From contig CATNEN010000039.1 in NCBI GenBank assembly GCA_950097015.1, positions 1,612,001 through 1,676,000 of the forward strand: DNA of 64,000 bases, read 5' to 3'. Under the pieces are notes generated by a model, which did no database searches, had not been told where the DNA came from, and worked only from the letters and a program-made list of their open reading frames with translations. Origin of the DNA: Macrostomum hystrix (taxonomy: Eukaryota > Animalia > Platyhelminthes). Shown piece after piece: positions 52,320 to 64,000 of this stretch. The position numbers and the translations under genes were made by a program. Position 1 is the first letter of the stretch. Each line of letters opens with the position of its first letter.

Positions 52320-52705
52320 AGTTTAAAAAATGCTATAAGCTACGTGTGCTCGAACAGTTTTCATTGAGTTTCGAATCGGAAAACGCTAGAAAAAAGTTAA
52401 AATAAAAAATTAATATCGCTTTTAGCTATTCTCAAATAGTTCTAGTTCTGAATCTGATAACGTATGCAGCTATGCTCAAAAATATTTCCTTAGTTTTAGC
52501 ATCGAATAACGTTAAAAGCTACCTATGCTCGAACAGCTTCGATTGATTGAGATATGAATCGAAAAACGCTTGAAGCAATGCTTGAAAAATATTAAAACTT
52601 AAAATGAATATCGCTTTTAGCTATGCTCAAATAGTTCTAGTTCTGAATCTGATAACGCATGCAGCTATGCTCAAAATGTTTCCTTAGTTTTAGCATCGAA
52701 TAACA
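52320..52705. repeat. AT-rich direct duplication with ~195-bp period
   Basis: tatcgcttttagcta...agcatcgaataac occurs at ~52414-52510 and ~52609-52704. Confidence 0.75.
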
Positions 52706-52756
52706 CTTGCTGCTACACTCGAAAAACTTAAATTGTTATCTGAACTCTACGATTCT

Positions 52757-53917
52757 AAGCCTAGATATCTATAAAAATGTTGAGCCTAGATATCTATCAA
52801 TTCTGAGCCTAGATATCTATCAATTCTGGGCCTAGATATCTCTCGACATTGAGCCTAGATATCTATCAATTCTGAGCTTAGATATCTATCCGTTCCTAGA
52901 CTAGATTTCTGTCGATTCTGAGCCTAGATATCTATAAAAATTTTGAGCCTAAATATGTATCGATTCTGAGCCTAGATATCTATCAATGCTGAGACTAGAT
53001 ATCTATCAATTCTGAGCCTAGATATCTATCAATTCTGAGCCTAGATATCTATCAATTCTGAGCCTAGATATCTCTCGACATTGAGCATAGATATCTATCA
53101 ATTCTGGGCCTAGATATCTCTAGATATCTCTCGACATTGAGCCTAGATATCTATCAATTCTGAGCTTAGATATCTATCCGTTCCTAGCCTAGATTTCGGT
53201 CGATTCTGAGCCTAGATATCTATAAATTCTGAGCCTAGATATCTATCCGTTCCTAGCCTAGATTTCTGTCGATTCTGAGCCTAGATATCTATAAAAATTT
53301 TGAGCCTAGATATGTATCAATTCTGAGCCTAGATATCTATCAATGCTGAGCCTAGATATCTATCGATTCTGATTCTAGATATCTATCAATTCTGATTCTA
53401 GATATCTATCAATGCTGAGGCTAGATATCTATCAATTCTGAGCCTAGATATCTATCAATGCTGAGGCTAGATATCTATCAATTCTGATTCTAGATATCTA
53501 TCAATGCTGAGCCTAGATGTCTATCGATTCTGATTCTAGATATCTATCAATTCTGATTCTAGATATCTATCAATGCTGAGGCTAGATATCTATCAATTCT
53601 GAGCCTAGATATCTATCAATGCTGAGGCTAGATATCTATCAATGCTAAGGCTAGATATCTATCAATTCTGAGCCTAGATATCTGTCAATTCTGAGCCTAG
53701 ATATCTGTCAATTCTGAGCCTAGATATCTATCAATTCTGAGCCTAGATATCTGTCAATGCTGAGGCTAGATATCTATCAATTCTGAGCCTAGATATCTAT
53801 CAATTCTGAGCCTAGATATCTATCAATGCTGAGGCTAGATATCTATCAATTCTGAGCCTAGATATCTATCAATTCTGAGCCTAGATATCTATCAATTCTG
53901 AGCCTAGATATCTATCA
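52757..53917. repeat. Minisatellite, 23-bp unit ATTCTGAGCCTAGATATCTATCA, ~50 copies
   Basis: Tandem repetition with a palindromic TAGATATCTA core. Confidence 0.96.
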
Positions 53918-54489
53918 ACAAAACAAAACTGGCTCTGATGCAATCATTAAAATTGGCACTGGAGCCTCATTGTGCACAAGCTGAAAACAAGAATGCATTA
54001 GAAAAGCATATTTAAAAAAGTTATTCGAATATTTAATCCCCTTGGCAATGGAATTAAGCTTAATAAAAATACGTGAGAGAGATGAAATGGAGAGATGAGA
54101 CACGGGAGAGATGAGACCGAGTAGAGATCATCTGGGGAGAACATAGGGACAGAAGTGGAAACAGGATACTGTAGGTGTTGGAAGGGGGCAATGGGCCGGA
54201 TTTGGGAGCTTTGAGTGCCGCATCTGGGGTTCAACCTGGGCTACAACTTCTTCCTTGGCTGAAAAATAAGCTTGCAGTAAACACTGACAGCCTGAGTCGG
54301 GTGCAGCCGTAACCAGGAATACAACAGGAGCTTGTGTAAAGGCTGCACACTAGATCTGTGTCAACGGACTTGAGAAGACTTGATTTTATTTCACCGCTAG
54401 AAAAAACAAATTCTAGACAATTTTGCTTGCTTTCAGTTAAGCCCAAAAATGAACGATTGTGTACTTGAATAGCTGCTAAGGTCTCTCCC

Positions 54490-54754
54490 TCATTTGTTCT
54501 TGCAAAACTTTTTCACAGCCTCAACCATGCTGCGCAGATCCACGCCAGAGTTTAGCGCAGTTTTCATGACGCACATTGGGCACTGCCTGCTGGCCTTCAC
54601 TGCGCTGCAGTTCTCGACCAGCAGATGGTGCAGCAGGCTCGGCTCATTGGAACTCGTGCGACCCTGCACAAGCTGCGGCACCGAGTCCAGGCTCAGCAGC
54701 AGCGCCATCAGCAGCGTGGAGAGACGAAGCGGTTGCAGGGTTTTGAGTGTTGGG
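54490..54754 (-). CDS. Putative terminal exon of a small Cys-containing (possibly secreted) protein
   Basis: GC-rich open frame LRLSTLLMALLLSLDS...NCSAVKASRQCPMC...KFCKNK*. Acceptor ctaaccag; upstream donor GAAG|GTAAGC at 56337 across a minisatellite-filled intron. Phase not resolved. Confidence 0.3.
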
Positions 54755-54787
54755 CTGGTTAGTTTTGATGAGCTTAGATACTGATCT

Positions 54788-56292
54788 CTAGCTGCGATTC
54801 CTGTCAGTCATCTAGCTGCGATTCCTGTCAGTCATCTAGCTGCGATTCCTGTCAGTCATCTAGCTGCGATTCCTGTCAGTCATCTAGCTGCGATTCCTGT
54901 CAGTCATCTAGCTGCGATTCCTGTCAGTCATCTAGCTGCGACTCCTGTCAGTCATCTAGCTGCGATTCCTGTCAGTCATCTAGCTGCGACTCCTGTCAGT
55001 CATCTAGCGGCGATTCCTGTCAGTCATCTAGCTGCAACTCCTGTCAGTCATCTAGCTGCGACTCCTGTCAGTCATCTAGCTGCAACTCCTGTCAGTCATC
55101 TAGCTGCGATTCCTGTCAGTCATCTAGCTGCGATTCCTGTCAGTCATCTAGCTGCGACTCCTGTCAGTCATCTAGCTGCAACTCCTGTCAGTCATCTAGC
55201 TGCGATTCCTGTCAGTCATCTAGCTGCGACTCCTGTCAGTCATCTAGCTGCAACTCCTGTCAGTCATCTAGCTGCGATTCCTGTCAGTCATCTAGCTGCG
55301 ATTCCTGTCAGTCATCTAGCTGCGACTCCTGTCAGTCATCTAGCTGCAACTCCTGTCAGTCATCTAGCTGCGATTCCTGTCAGTCATCTAGCTGCGACTC
55401 CTGTCAGTCATCTAGCTGCGATTCCTGTCAGTCATCTAGCTGCGATTCCTGTCAGTCATCTAGCTGCGATTCCTGTCAGTCATCTAGCTGCGATTCCTGT
55501 CAGTCATCTAGCTGCGATTCCTGTCAGTCATCTAGCGGCGATTCCTGTCAGTCATCTAGCTGCGATTCCTGTCAGTCATCTAGCGGCGATTTTTGTCAAT
55601 CATCTAGCTGCGATTCCTGTCAGTCATCTAGCGGCAACTCCTGTCAGTCATCTAGCTGCGACTCCTGTCAGTCATCTAGCTGCGATTCCTGTCAGTCATC
55701 TAGCTGCAACTCCTGTCAGTCATCTAGCTGCGATTCCTGTCAGTCATCTAGCTGCGACTCCTGTCAGTCATCTAGCTGCGATTCCTGTCAGTCATCTAGC
55801 TGCGACTCCTGTCAGTCATCTAGCTGCGACTCCTGTCAGTCATCTAGCTGCAACTCCTGTCAGTCATCTAGCTGCGATTCCTGTCAGTCATCTAGCTGCG
55901 ATTCCTGTCAGTCATCTAGCGTCAACTCCTGTCAGTCATCTAGCTGCGACTCCTGTCAGTCATTTAGCTGCGACTCCTGTCAGTCATCTAGCTGCAACTC
56001 CTGTCAGTCATCTAGCTGCGATTCCTGTCAGTCATCTAGCTGCGATTCCTGTCAGTCATCTAGCTGCGATTCCTGTCAGTCATCTAGCTGCGATTCCTGT
56101 CAGTCATCTAGCGGCAACTCCTGTCAGTCATCTAGCTGCGATTCCTGTCAGTCATCTAGCGGCAACTCCTGTCAGTCATCTAGCTGCGATTCCTGTCAGT
56201 CATCTAGCTGCGATTCCTGTCAGTCATCTAGCGGCAACTCCTGTCAGTCATCTAGCTGCGACTCCTGTCAGTCATCTAGCTGCGATTCCTGT
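54788..56292. repeat. Minisatellite, 24-bp unit CTAGCTGCGATTCCTGTCAGTCAT, ~62 copies
   Basis: Direct tandem repetition. Confidence 0.97.
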
Positions 56293-56686
56293 TCTGTTGA
56301 GACAACTCTATTTGTATTTTTAAGATGCCAGCTTACCTTCATTCTAGTCGTTAAGTTATTGTGAATCGCTGTGGATGCAAGCCAGAAATTTAGTCGTGAA
56401 GAAGTCTAGTTTTGCTTGATCTGGGTGTGGTGCATATTTATACACAATTTCACGATAAAGTCGTCAATGTTGTGCACCAAATTACTCAAGCATCTGCTGG
56501 TCTCATGCGGAATGGAATCAGAGCTGCTCTTCTTCTATGAAGCCCTTTTTAGTAAATCACGGAAATCAAAGACAAAGACTTAATCGATCTTGCACGTCAG
56601 ACTTTGCATGTTTTCAGTTGGCCTCTTGCCTTTGCTTTTTGTCTTTACTGCCGCCTCGCTGCTTTTCACATTATTTCTCTGTTGAA

Positions 56687-56899
56687 GCGATTCCAGCTGT
56701 GTATCTAGCTGCGATTCCAGCTGTGAATCTAGCTGCGTTTCCAGCTGTGTCTCTAGCTGCGATTCCAGCTGTGTATCTAGCTGCGATTCCAGCTGTGAAT
56801 CTAGCTGCGATTCCAGCTGTGTATCTAGCTGCGATTCCAGCTGTGAATCTAGCTGCGATTCCAGCTGTGTATCTAGCTGCGATTCCAGCTGTGTATCTA
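56687..56899. repeat. Minisatellite, 24-bp unit GCGATTCCAGCTGTGTATCTAGCT, ~9 copies
   Basis: Direct tandem repetition; shares TCTAGCTGCGATTCC with the preceding array. Confidence 0.95.
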
Positions 56900-57145
56900 C
56901 TCATTGCTACGATGAATCCAATGTTGATTCATTCGTGCATTTCACTGTTGGATTCTATCAACAATCTGGTCCATTTTTCCCTGATGGAAGCGGACCTGGT
57001 TACTGCGAGTTGGGTACGAAAAATAATTAAAATATTGAAGGCGGCATATTAGAAGTGGAATAAATAAACTTTGCACATGAAGAAAATAAATTGCAATAAA
57101 TTATGTGTACTGTGATCGACAACCTCCAAGCTCAGGTGACAATTG

Positions 57146-57960
57146 TGACAATTGATCATAGGGACGGATGGTCATAGTGACAATTGATCATAGGGACGGA
57201 TGGTCATAGTGACAATTGATCATAGGGACGGATGGTCATAGTGACAATTGATCATAAGGACGGATGGTCAAAGTGACAATTGATCATAGTGACGGATGGT
57301 CATAGTGGCAATTGATCATAGGGACGGATGGTCATAGTGACAATTGATCATAGGGACGGATGTTCATAGTGACAATTGATCATAGGGACGGATGGTCATA
57401 GTGACAATTGATCGTAGGGACGGATGTTCATAGTGACAATTGATCATAGGGACGGATGGTCATAGTGACAATTGATCATAGGGACGGATGGTCATAGTGG
57501 CAATTGATCATAGGGACGGATGGTCATAGTGACAATTGATCATAGGGACGGATGGTCATAGTGGCAATTGATCATAGGGACGGATGGTCATAGTGACAAT
57601 TGATCATAGGGACGGATGGTCATTGACAATTGATCATAGTGACGGATGGTCATAGTGGCAATTGATCATAGGGACGGATAGTCATAGTGGCAATTGATCA
57701 TAGGGACGGATGGTCATAGTGACAATTGATCATAGGGACGGATGGTCATAGTGACAATTGATCATAGGGACGGATGGTCATAGTGACAATTGATCATAGG
57801 GACGGATGTTCATAGTGACAATTGATCATAGGGACGGATGGTCATAGTGACAATTGATCATAGGGACGGATGGTCATAGTGACAATTGATCATAGGGACG
57901 GATGGTCAAAGGGATAATTGATCATAGGGACGGATGGTCATAGTGGCAATTGATCATAGG
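57146..57960. repeat. Minisatellite, 32-bp unit GTGACAATTGATCATAGGGACGGATGGTCATA, ~25 copies
   Basis: Direct tandem repetition. Confidence 0.97.
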
Positions 57961-58368
57961 GGCAGATGGCCATACATGTCAAAGGAATCACAATGCAAAT
58001 ATAAAGTACATGCTGAGACGCAGGTGTCAAAAGTGAGAACACGTTGCAAAGTTTGCGCAGACTCACCGCTCGCATGTTTTGCAATGAGTCACAAAGAGCG
58101 GAAATATTTCTTGCCATAAAAAAACACATTGGACAGTCAACAGGGCCCCGTGTCAATAGAGCTGTGCACTGATTTCAAACGGTAGAAAACCGCTGCTGGA
58201 TGAGAGCTGATGCCAGAGCAAACACAACTCAACAGCACTGACCTAATGCTTGCACAGTGATAGAAAAATTTGGTTCGCGCAGTTTGTAAAATACTCTAAC
58301 AGTAGAAACACCACGCTGTGACCCTGTTGGGAAGAACCAGCTGGTGTAACTCAAATACCGAATATAAG

Positions 58369-58572
58369 GCAGACACTCAGAACAGACAGACACTCAGAAC
58401 AGACAGGCAGACACTCAGAACAGACAGGCAGACACTCAGAACAGACAAACAGACACTCAGAACAGACAGACAGACACTCAGAACAGACAAACAGACACTC
58501 AGAACAGACAGACACTCAGAACAGACAGACAGACACTCAGAACAGACAAACAGACACTCTGAACAGACAGGC
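58369..58572. repeat. Minisatellite, 17-21-bp unit CAGACACTCAGAACAGACAGA
   Basis: Direct tandem repetition. Confidence 0.92.
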
Positions 58573-59136
58573 AGAAGAAGTGCATCTGGCTTCAAATTTT
58601 ACCTGACAATCTGTGCACCTAGGAGGCTGAGGCTGAGAAAGTAAAATTGAATAGACAAAAAGGAACTATTCAATTCGCATGCCACACAGCGGCCTCAGAT
58701 CGCAGTTTCTAATTACGCACTCTAGCAAACAATAAAGCAAGATAAAAAGCTTGCCACTGCATTGGGCACTCCCTATACCGCAAACCATGGGCCAGCGACA
58801 CATCTTAGAAATTGAGAGCAAAAAAGCATTAGCAATTTGTCTTTCTAAAGTTTTTAGAGAATCGGAGCACAGCCGGAGCTTGGTCAGGGAGGGTGAGAGA
58901 GTGGCGAGAGAGCGGAGCGGTGCTGGGTGTGGCGCTGAGCTGGGAGTCTAAGGGTTGAGCTTGAGTACGAACGAGAGGACCACACTCAGACGCCCACCCC
59001 ACACCCCTCATCTCTGCCCAACCCACCTGTCTATTCAAGCCATGCCCGGAGACCTTCACCCACATTCCTTCCTCATTAGTCTCCCTTGTGCTGAGCAGCC
59101 GCTGCTCCGCCAGATCCTCTCTAAGAGGCCGTCACA

Positions 59137-62100
59137 ATGCTCAGACACAAGCTGCTTGGCCTGCCAGGTCCTGCGATGCAGATGCAACCGCTGCTGCTGC
59201 TGCTGCTGCTGACGGAAACTCCTGCATCAGGTGAGGCTCACGATTTTTTATGCAACAAAGCGTCTATCTATCTACCTTTATCCACTTATCTACCTTTATC
59301 CACTTATCTACCTTTATCTACTTATCTTCATTTATCCACTTATCTTCATTTATCCACTTATCTTCCTTTATCCACTTATCTACCTTTATCCACTTATCTA
59401 CCTTTATCCACTTATCTACCTTTATCCACTTATCTACCTTTATCCACTTATCTTCATTTATCCACTTATCTACCTTTATCCACTTATCTTCCTTTATCCA
59501 CTTATCTTCCTTTATCCACTTATCTTCCTTTATCCACTTATCTACCTTTATCCACTTATCTTCCTTTATCCACTTATCTACCTTTATCCACTTATCTTCC
59601 TTTATCCACTTATCTTCATTTATCCACTTATCTACCTTTATCCACTTATCTACCTTTATCCACTTATCTACCTTTATCCACTTATCTTCCTTTATCCACT
59701 TATCTACCTTTATCCACTTATCTACCTTTATCCACTTATCTACCTTTATCCACTTATCTACCTTTATCCACTTATCTTCATTTATCCACTTATCTACCTT
59801 TATCCACTTATCTACCTTTATCCACTTATCTTCCTTTATCCACTTATCTTCCTTTATCCACTTATCTACCTTTATCCACTTATCTTCCTTTATCCACTTA
59901 TCTACCTTTATCCACTTATCTACCATTATCCACTTATCTACCTTTATCCACTTATCTACCATTATCCACTTATCTACCTTTATCCACTTATCTACCTTTA
60001 TCCACTTATCTACCTTTATCCACTTATCTACCTTTATCCACTTATCTACCTTTATCCACTTATCTACCTTTATCCACTTATCTACCTTTATCCACTTATC
60101 TACCTTTATCCACTTATCTACCTTTATCCACTTATCTTCCTTTATCCACTTATCTACCTTTATCCACTTATCTACCTTTATCCACTTATCTACCTTTATC
60201 CACTTATCTTCCTTTATCCACATGACAGACATATCTATACACATAACAGACATATCTATACACATGACAGACATATCTATACACATGACAGACATATCTA
60301 TACACATGACAGACATATCTATACACATGACAGACATATCTATACACATGACAGACATATGTATACACATGACAGACATATCTATACACATGACAGACGT
60401 ATCTATACACATGACAGACGTATCTATACACATGACAGACATATCTATTCACATGACAGACATATCTATACACATGACGGACATATCTATACACATGACA
60501 GACGTATCTATACACATGACAGACATATCTATACACATGACAGACATATCTATACACATGACAGACATATCTATACACATGACAGACATATGTATACACA
60601 TGACAGACATATCTATACACATGACAGACATATCTATACACATGACAGACATATCTATACACATGACAGACATATCTATACACATGACAGACGTATCTAT
60701 ACACATGACAGACATATCTATACACATGACAGACATATCTATACACATGACAGACATATCTATACACATGACAGACATATCTATACACATGACAGACATA
60801 TCTATACACATGACAGACATATGTATACACATGACAGACATATCTATACACATGACAGACGTATCTATACACATGACAGACATATCTATACACATGACAA
60901 TCTGGCTTTCCAGAGCCATCCGTGGGCTACTTTCACCACATGGACGCATCTGAGTGTCCCAATGTGAGGCTGGCAGAAGTTGTCATCCAGCCAGACAATG
61001 TCACTGTCACGCTGCTCTTCAAAGAATCATCCAGGTGATTCTCAGTGGTACCCATTTTTACGGCAAACGTGGGAATTGGAAATCAGTACAGTGCAGTACA
61101 GTGTGCAGGTGCAGGGTTTGAGCCCTCTGAGCAGAGAGAAAACTAGCGCAATCAGAAATGCAGCCGCTTGCTCTTTTGCTGTGGGTTAGATGGACTGAAA
61201 AACTCGAAGAAAAAATAGAGAGAGAACGCAGTGAGGTCGAGCCGCATACAGATGGCTCTCACTACCTTCATTTGAAATAGTTTTTCTGAAGATTAGAGAC
61301 TCACGCTTCAAGACTCAACTGTGTAATTTGTACTCAGTCTCACGAGAGCGCGAGCAGCCTCATATATAATTATTTTCTGTCACACCAGTACAAGTCTGCT
61401 TCCTCTAGACTCCCATGAGTGCACACACTAGAGGGAATTTCTGCTGCAAGAATGCAGATGACTGAAATGCACCTAATTTTCTAGGTGCGTCTTCGTTCTT
61501 GTTAGTCAATGTCTTCCTGGTTCATAGAGTGTCTTTGCCCTTCGAATTGTGCCAGATTTCACACCACGAGTAACATCCTCATTTATAATGGTCAGAGATT
61601 AAACCAAATGTTATCCCTTCAACAAATATCCCAGGGATTTTATCCCACCTAACGCTCTCACTGACGGTCGGTTTTTCGACCTGCGTCGCCGGCCTTGCTT
61701 CTATCAGGGCGGGAATCCGGATGAGCCAGGTGACAACTCAGCGGTGGCCAAGCTGGTGGCAGGGCGATTCAGGTGAGCCGTATCTTTATGCACTATTAGG
61801 TCCTCTGGATTCTAACGGAATATTCGCTGTCTTTACTGTCTTCCTTATGCGATCGATATGGCTGTTCATGACGCTCCAAAACCATCTCTGACGCTCCAAA
61901 ACCCTTCATGACGCTTAAAAACCATCAATGACGCTCCAGAACCATCAATGACGCTCCAGAACCATCGATGACGCTCCAAAACCATCGATGACGCTCCAGA
62001 ACCATCAATGACGCTCCAAAACCATCTCTGACGCTCCAAAACCATCCATGACGCTCCAAAACCATCTCTGACGCTCCAAAACCATCCATGACGCTCCAAA

Positions 62101-63673
62101 ACCATCTCTGACGCTCCAAAACCCTCCATGACGCTCCAAAAGCATCCATGACGCTCCAAAACCCTCCATGACGTTCCAAAACCATCAATGACGCTCCAAA
62201 ACCCTCCATGACGCTCCAAAAGCATCAATGACGCTCCAAAACCCTCCATTACGCTCCAAAACCATCTCTGACGCTCCAAAACCATCTCTGACGCTCCAAA
62301 ACCCTCCATGACGCTAAAAAAACTCCATGACGCTCCAAAACCATCTCTGACGCTCCAAAACCATCTCTGACGCTCCAAAACCCTCCATGACGCTAAAAAA
62401 ACTCCATGACGCTCCAAAACCATCCATGACGCTCCAAAACCATCAATGACGCTCCAAAACCCTCCATGACGTTCTAAAACCATCAATGACGCTCCAAAAC
62501 CCTCCATGACGCTCCAAAAGCATCCATGACGCTCCAAAACCATCCATGACGCTCCAAAACTATCAATGACGCAAAAAAATCAGATGCTACAGACAGGTTT
62601 CTCACTCTCTAAGTTCGATTACAATCTCTGATGCTCCGGGACCGATCCTTGATACCTTCGCTTTTTTAATTCACCTGCAGCGCTACGTTCAGCTACAACG
62701 GCGCAGTTTACGAGATCCTGAACGCCCCAGCCGACAGTGCGCATTTTGAGGCGCGCAAATTGCCCCCGGCACCGTTTAAGTTTAGTTGCGGCCTGCAACG
62801 CGGGCACTCAGAAGAGGGTCACTCGGCCAGATTTCGCCGAGCAATCAGCGGCGGTGGCCTATTTGACCTGAACTCGCCAGTGGATGAGAGCCAGCAGACC
62901 TACGTGCTGCTAGTGCTGGTTGGGGACCAGGCGTTTGTAAGTTTGAGATGACTGCTCTTAAATGCCTGTCAATGACCAGTTAGTAGAAGAGGATACGAGC
63001 TGATGTAAAAACACCTCGTAAAAAACTCGTAGCTGATGTAAAAACACCTATGAAACTAGCTGACTATCATGTTTCTCAGAAAAAATACTCCGAATCTACT
63101 CTTCAAGGTCAACGGAACCGGAGGTGACGTCATCGCTGCGACTGAGCGCCTCTGGGAGATTGGTAACTACATCAACAATGTGAGCGACTCCCCATGCTTT
63201 TTATCCCAAGCCATCAACTGTCCCTCTCAGTATGTTCACTAAACAATGTCCTTCAATTTCAGCTGTACAAGCCTCTGGGTGTCAATGTGGTGACGGTGCG
63301 AGCTCAAACCCTGTTCGGTGACCCGCTGAACCTGGGCAACAATGCCACCGGCAGCATCCCGGAGACTATGCTAATTAACTTCATGAACTACCGAATGCAG
63401 TTCATCACCGACGTTTTTCACACGGCTGCTCATCTAGTGTCGTGAGTTTCTTCGAGATGAGCGGAGTGATTTTGTGCTCAAAATTTACCCAAAATTCACG
63501 AAATAAAAAAATTTAATAGTATAAAATTGCAAATTATCGGATTAATTTAGAGGCCGGGTTTCTTAATTACATTAATTTACAATTTCAGAGGTCTGCGAAT
63601 GGTTGGGGCCAATGTTGGCCTGGCCAACTACGGAAAGCTCTGCCAGTTCGCTCTCGCTGGCGGTGTGAACACG
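59137..63673 (+). CDS. ADAM/reprolysin (M12B) metalloprotease, 5' part; continues beyond the window
   Basis: Exons 59137(or 59176)-59230, 60914-61034, 61635-61772, 62681-62936, 63108-63179, 63263-63441, 63589-63673, phase-consistent. Signal peptide; prodomain CFYQG..SAVA; Cys-switch FSCG; furin site RFRR; reprolysin motifs YVLLVLVGD, NYINNLYKPLGV, AAHLVS, VGLA..GKLC..GGVN. The HEXXH motif is not reached in this window. Confidence 0.8.
59266..60220. repeat. Minisatellite, 18-bp unit TTATCCACTTATCT(A/T)CCT, ADAM intron 1
   Basis: Direct tandem repetition. Confidence 0.97.
60221..60899. repeat. Minisatellite, 21-bp unit CATGACAGACATATCTATACA, abutting the previous array
   Basis: Direct tandem repetition. 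Confidence 0.97.
61867..62572. repeat. Minisatellite, 20-bp unit GACGCTCCAAAACCATC(C/A/T)(A/C)T, ADAM intron 3
   Basis: Direct tandem repetition. Confidence 0.96.
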
Positions 63674-63734
63674 GTCGGTCAGCTGTGGAATTCTAATTGA
63701 ATGGGACGAAATGGGCCAGGATTGGATCGGATTG

Positions 63735-64000
63735 GATGGGATGGGATGGGATGGGATGGGATGGGATGGGATGGGATGGGATGGGATGGGAGGGGATGAG
63801 ATAGGAAAGGATGGGATGGGATGGGATGGGATGGGATGAGATGGGATAGGATAGGAAAGGATGGGATGGGATGGGATGGGATGGGATGGGATGGGATGGG
63901 ATGGGATGGGATGGGATGGGATGGGCTGAAATGTGATCGGATTAGATGAGATGGGATGGGATAGGAAACGATTGGATGGGATGGTATGATTTGGGATGGG
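63735..64000. repeat. (GGGAT)n microsatellite in an ADAM intron
   Basis: 5-bp tandem repetition with decay. Confidence 0.95.

Overview
Eukaryotic (metazoan) genomic DNA with GT-AG introns and GC-rich exons. About a third of the window is minisatellite; the style suggests a free-living flatworm such as Macrostomum (inference). Genes were rebuilt by hand from splice sites. (1) A minus-strand secreted protein with a SUEL-lectin-like segment; partly resolved. (2) A 2-exon orphan secreted peptide. (3) A divergent actin. (4) A PAN + fibrinogen-domain (FReD) protein whose last codons and stop codon seeded a 3-kb 45-bp array. (5) A 12-exon, ~1252-aa Venus-kinase-receptor-like tyrosine kinase: signal peptide, extra OpuAC/PBP-II-like module, Venus flytrap domain, TM and insulin-receptor-type kinase. 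(6) A TSPAN13/31-type tetraspanin. (7) The 5' part of an ADAM/reprolysin metalloprotease. Mobile DNA: Gypsy integrase/LTR remnant, a 5'-truncated RT-RNase H LINE with a 14-bp TSD, Merlin and Crypton remnants, hAT-like MITEs, and tRNA-derived SINEs including a tandem array of five tRNA-like heads. About 20 mostly unrelated minisatellites (15-53 bp units) sit largely in introns, often starting just past a splice donor. The long repetitive ORFs in the supplied track are artefacts of these arrays. No CRISPR array or rRNA was seen.
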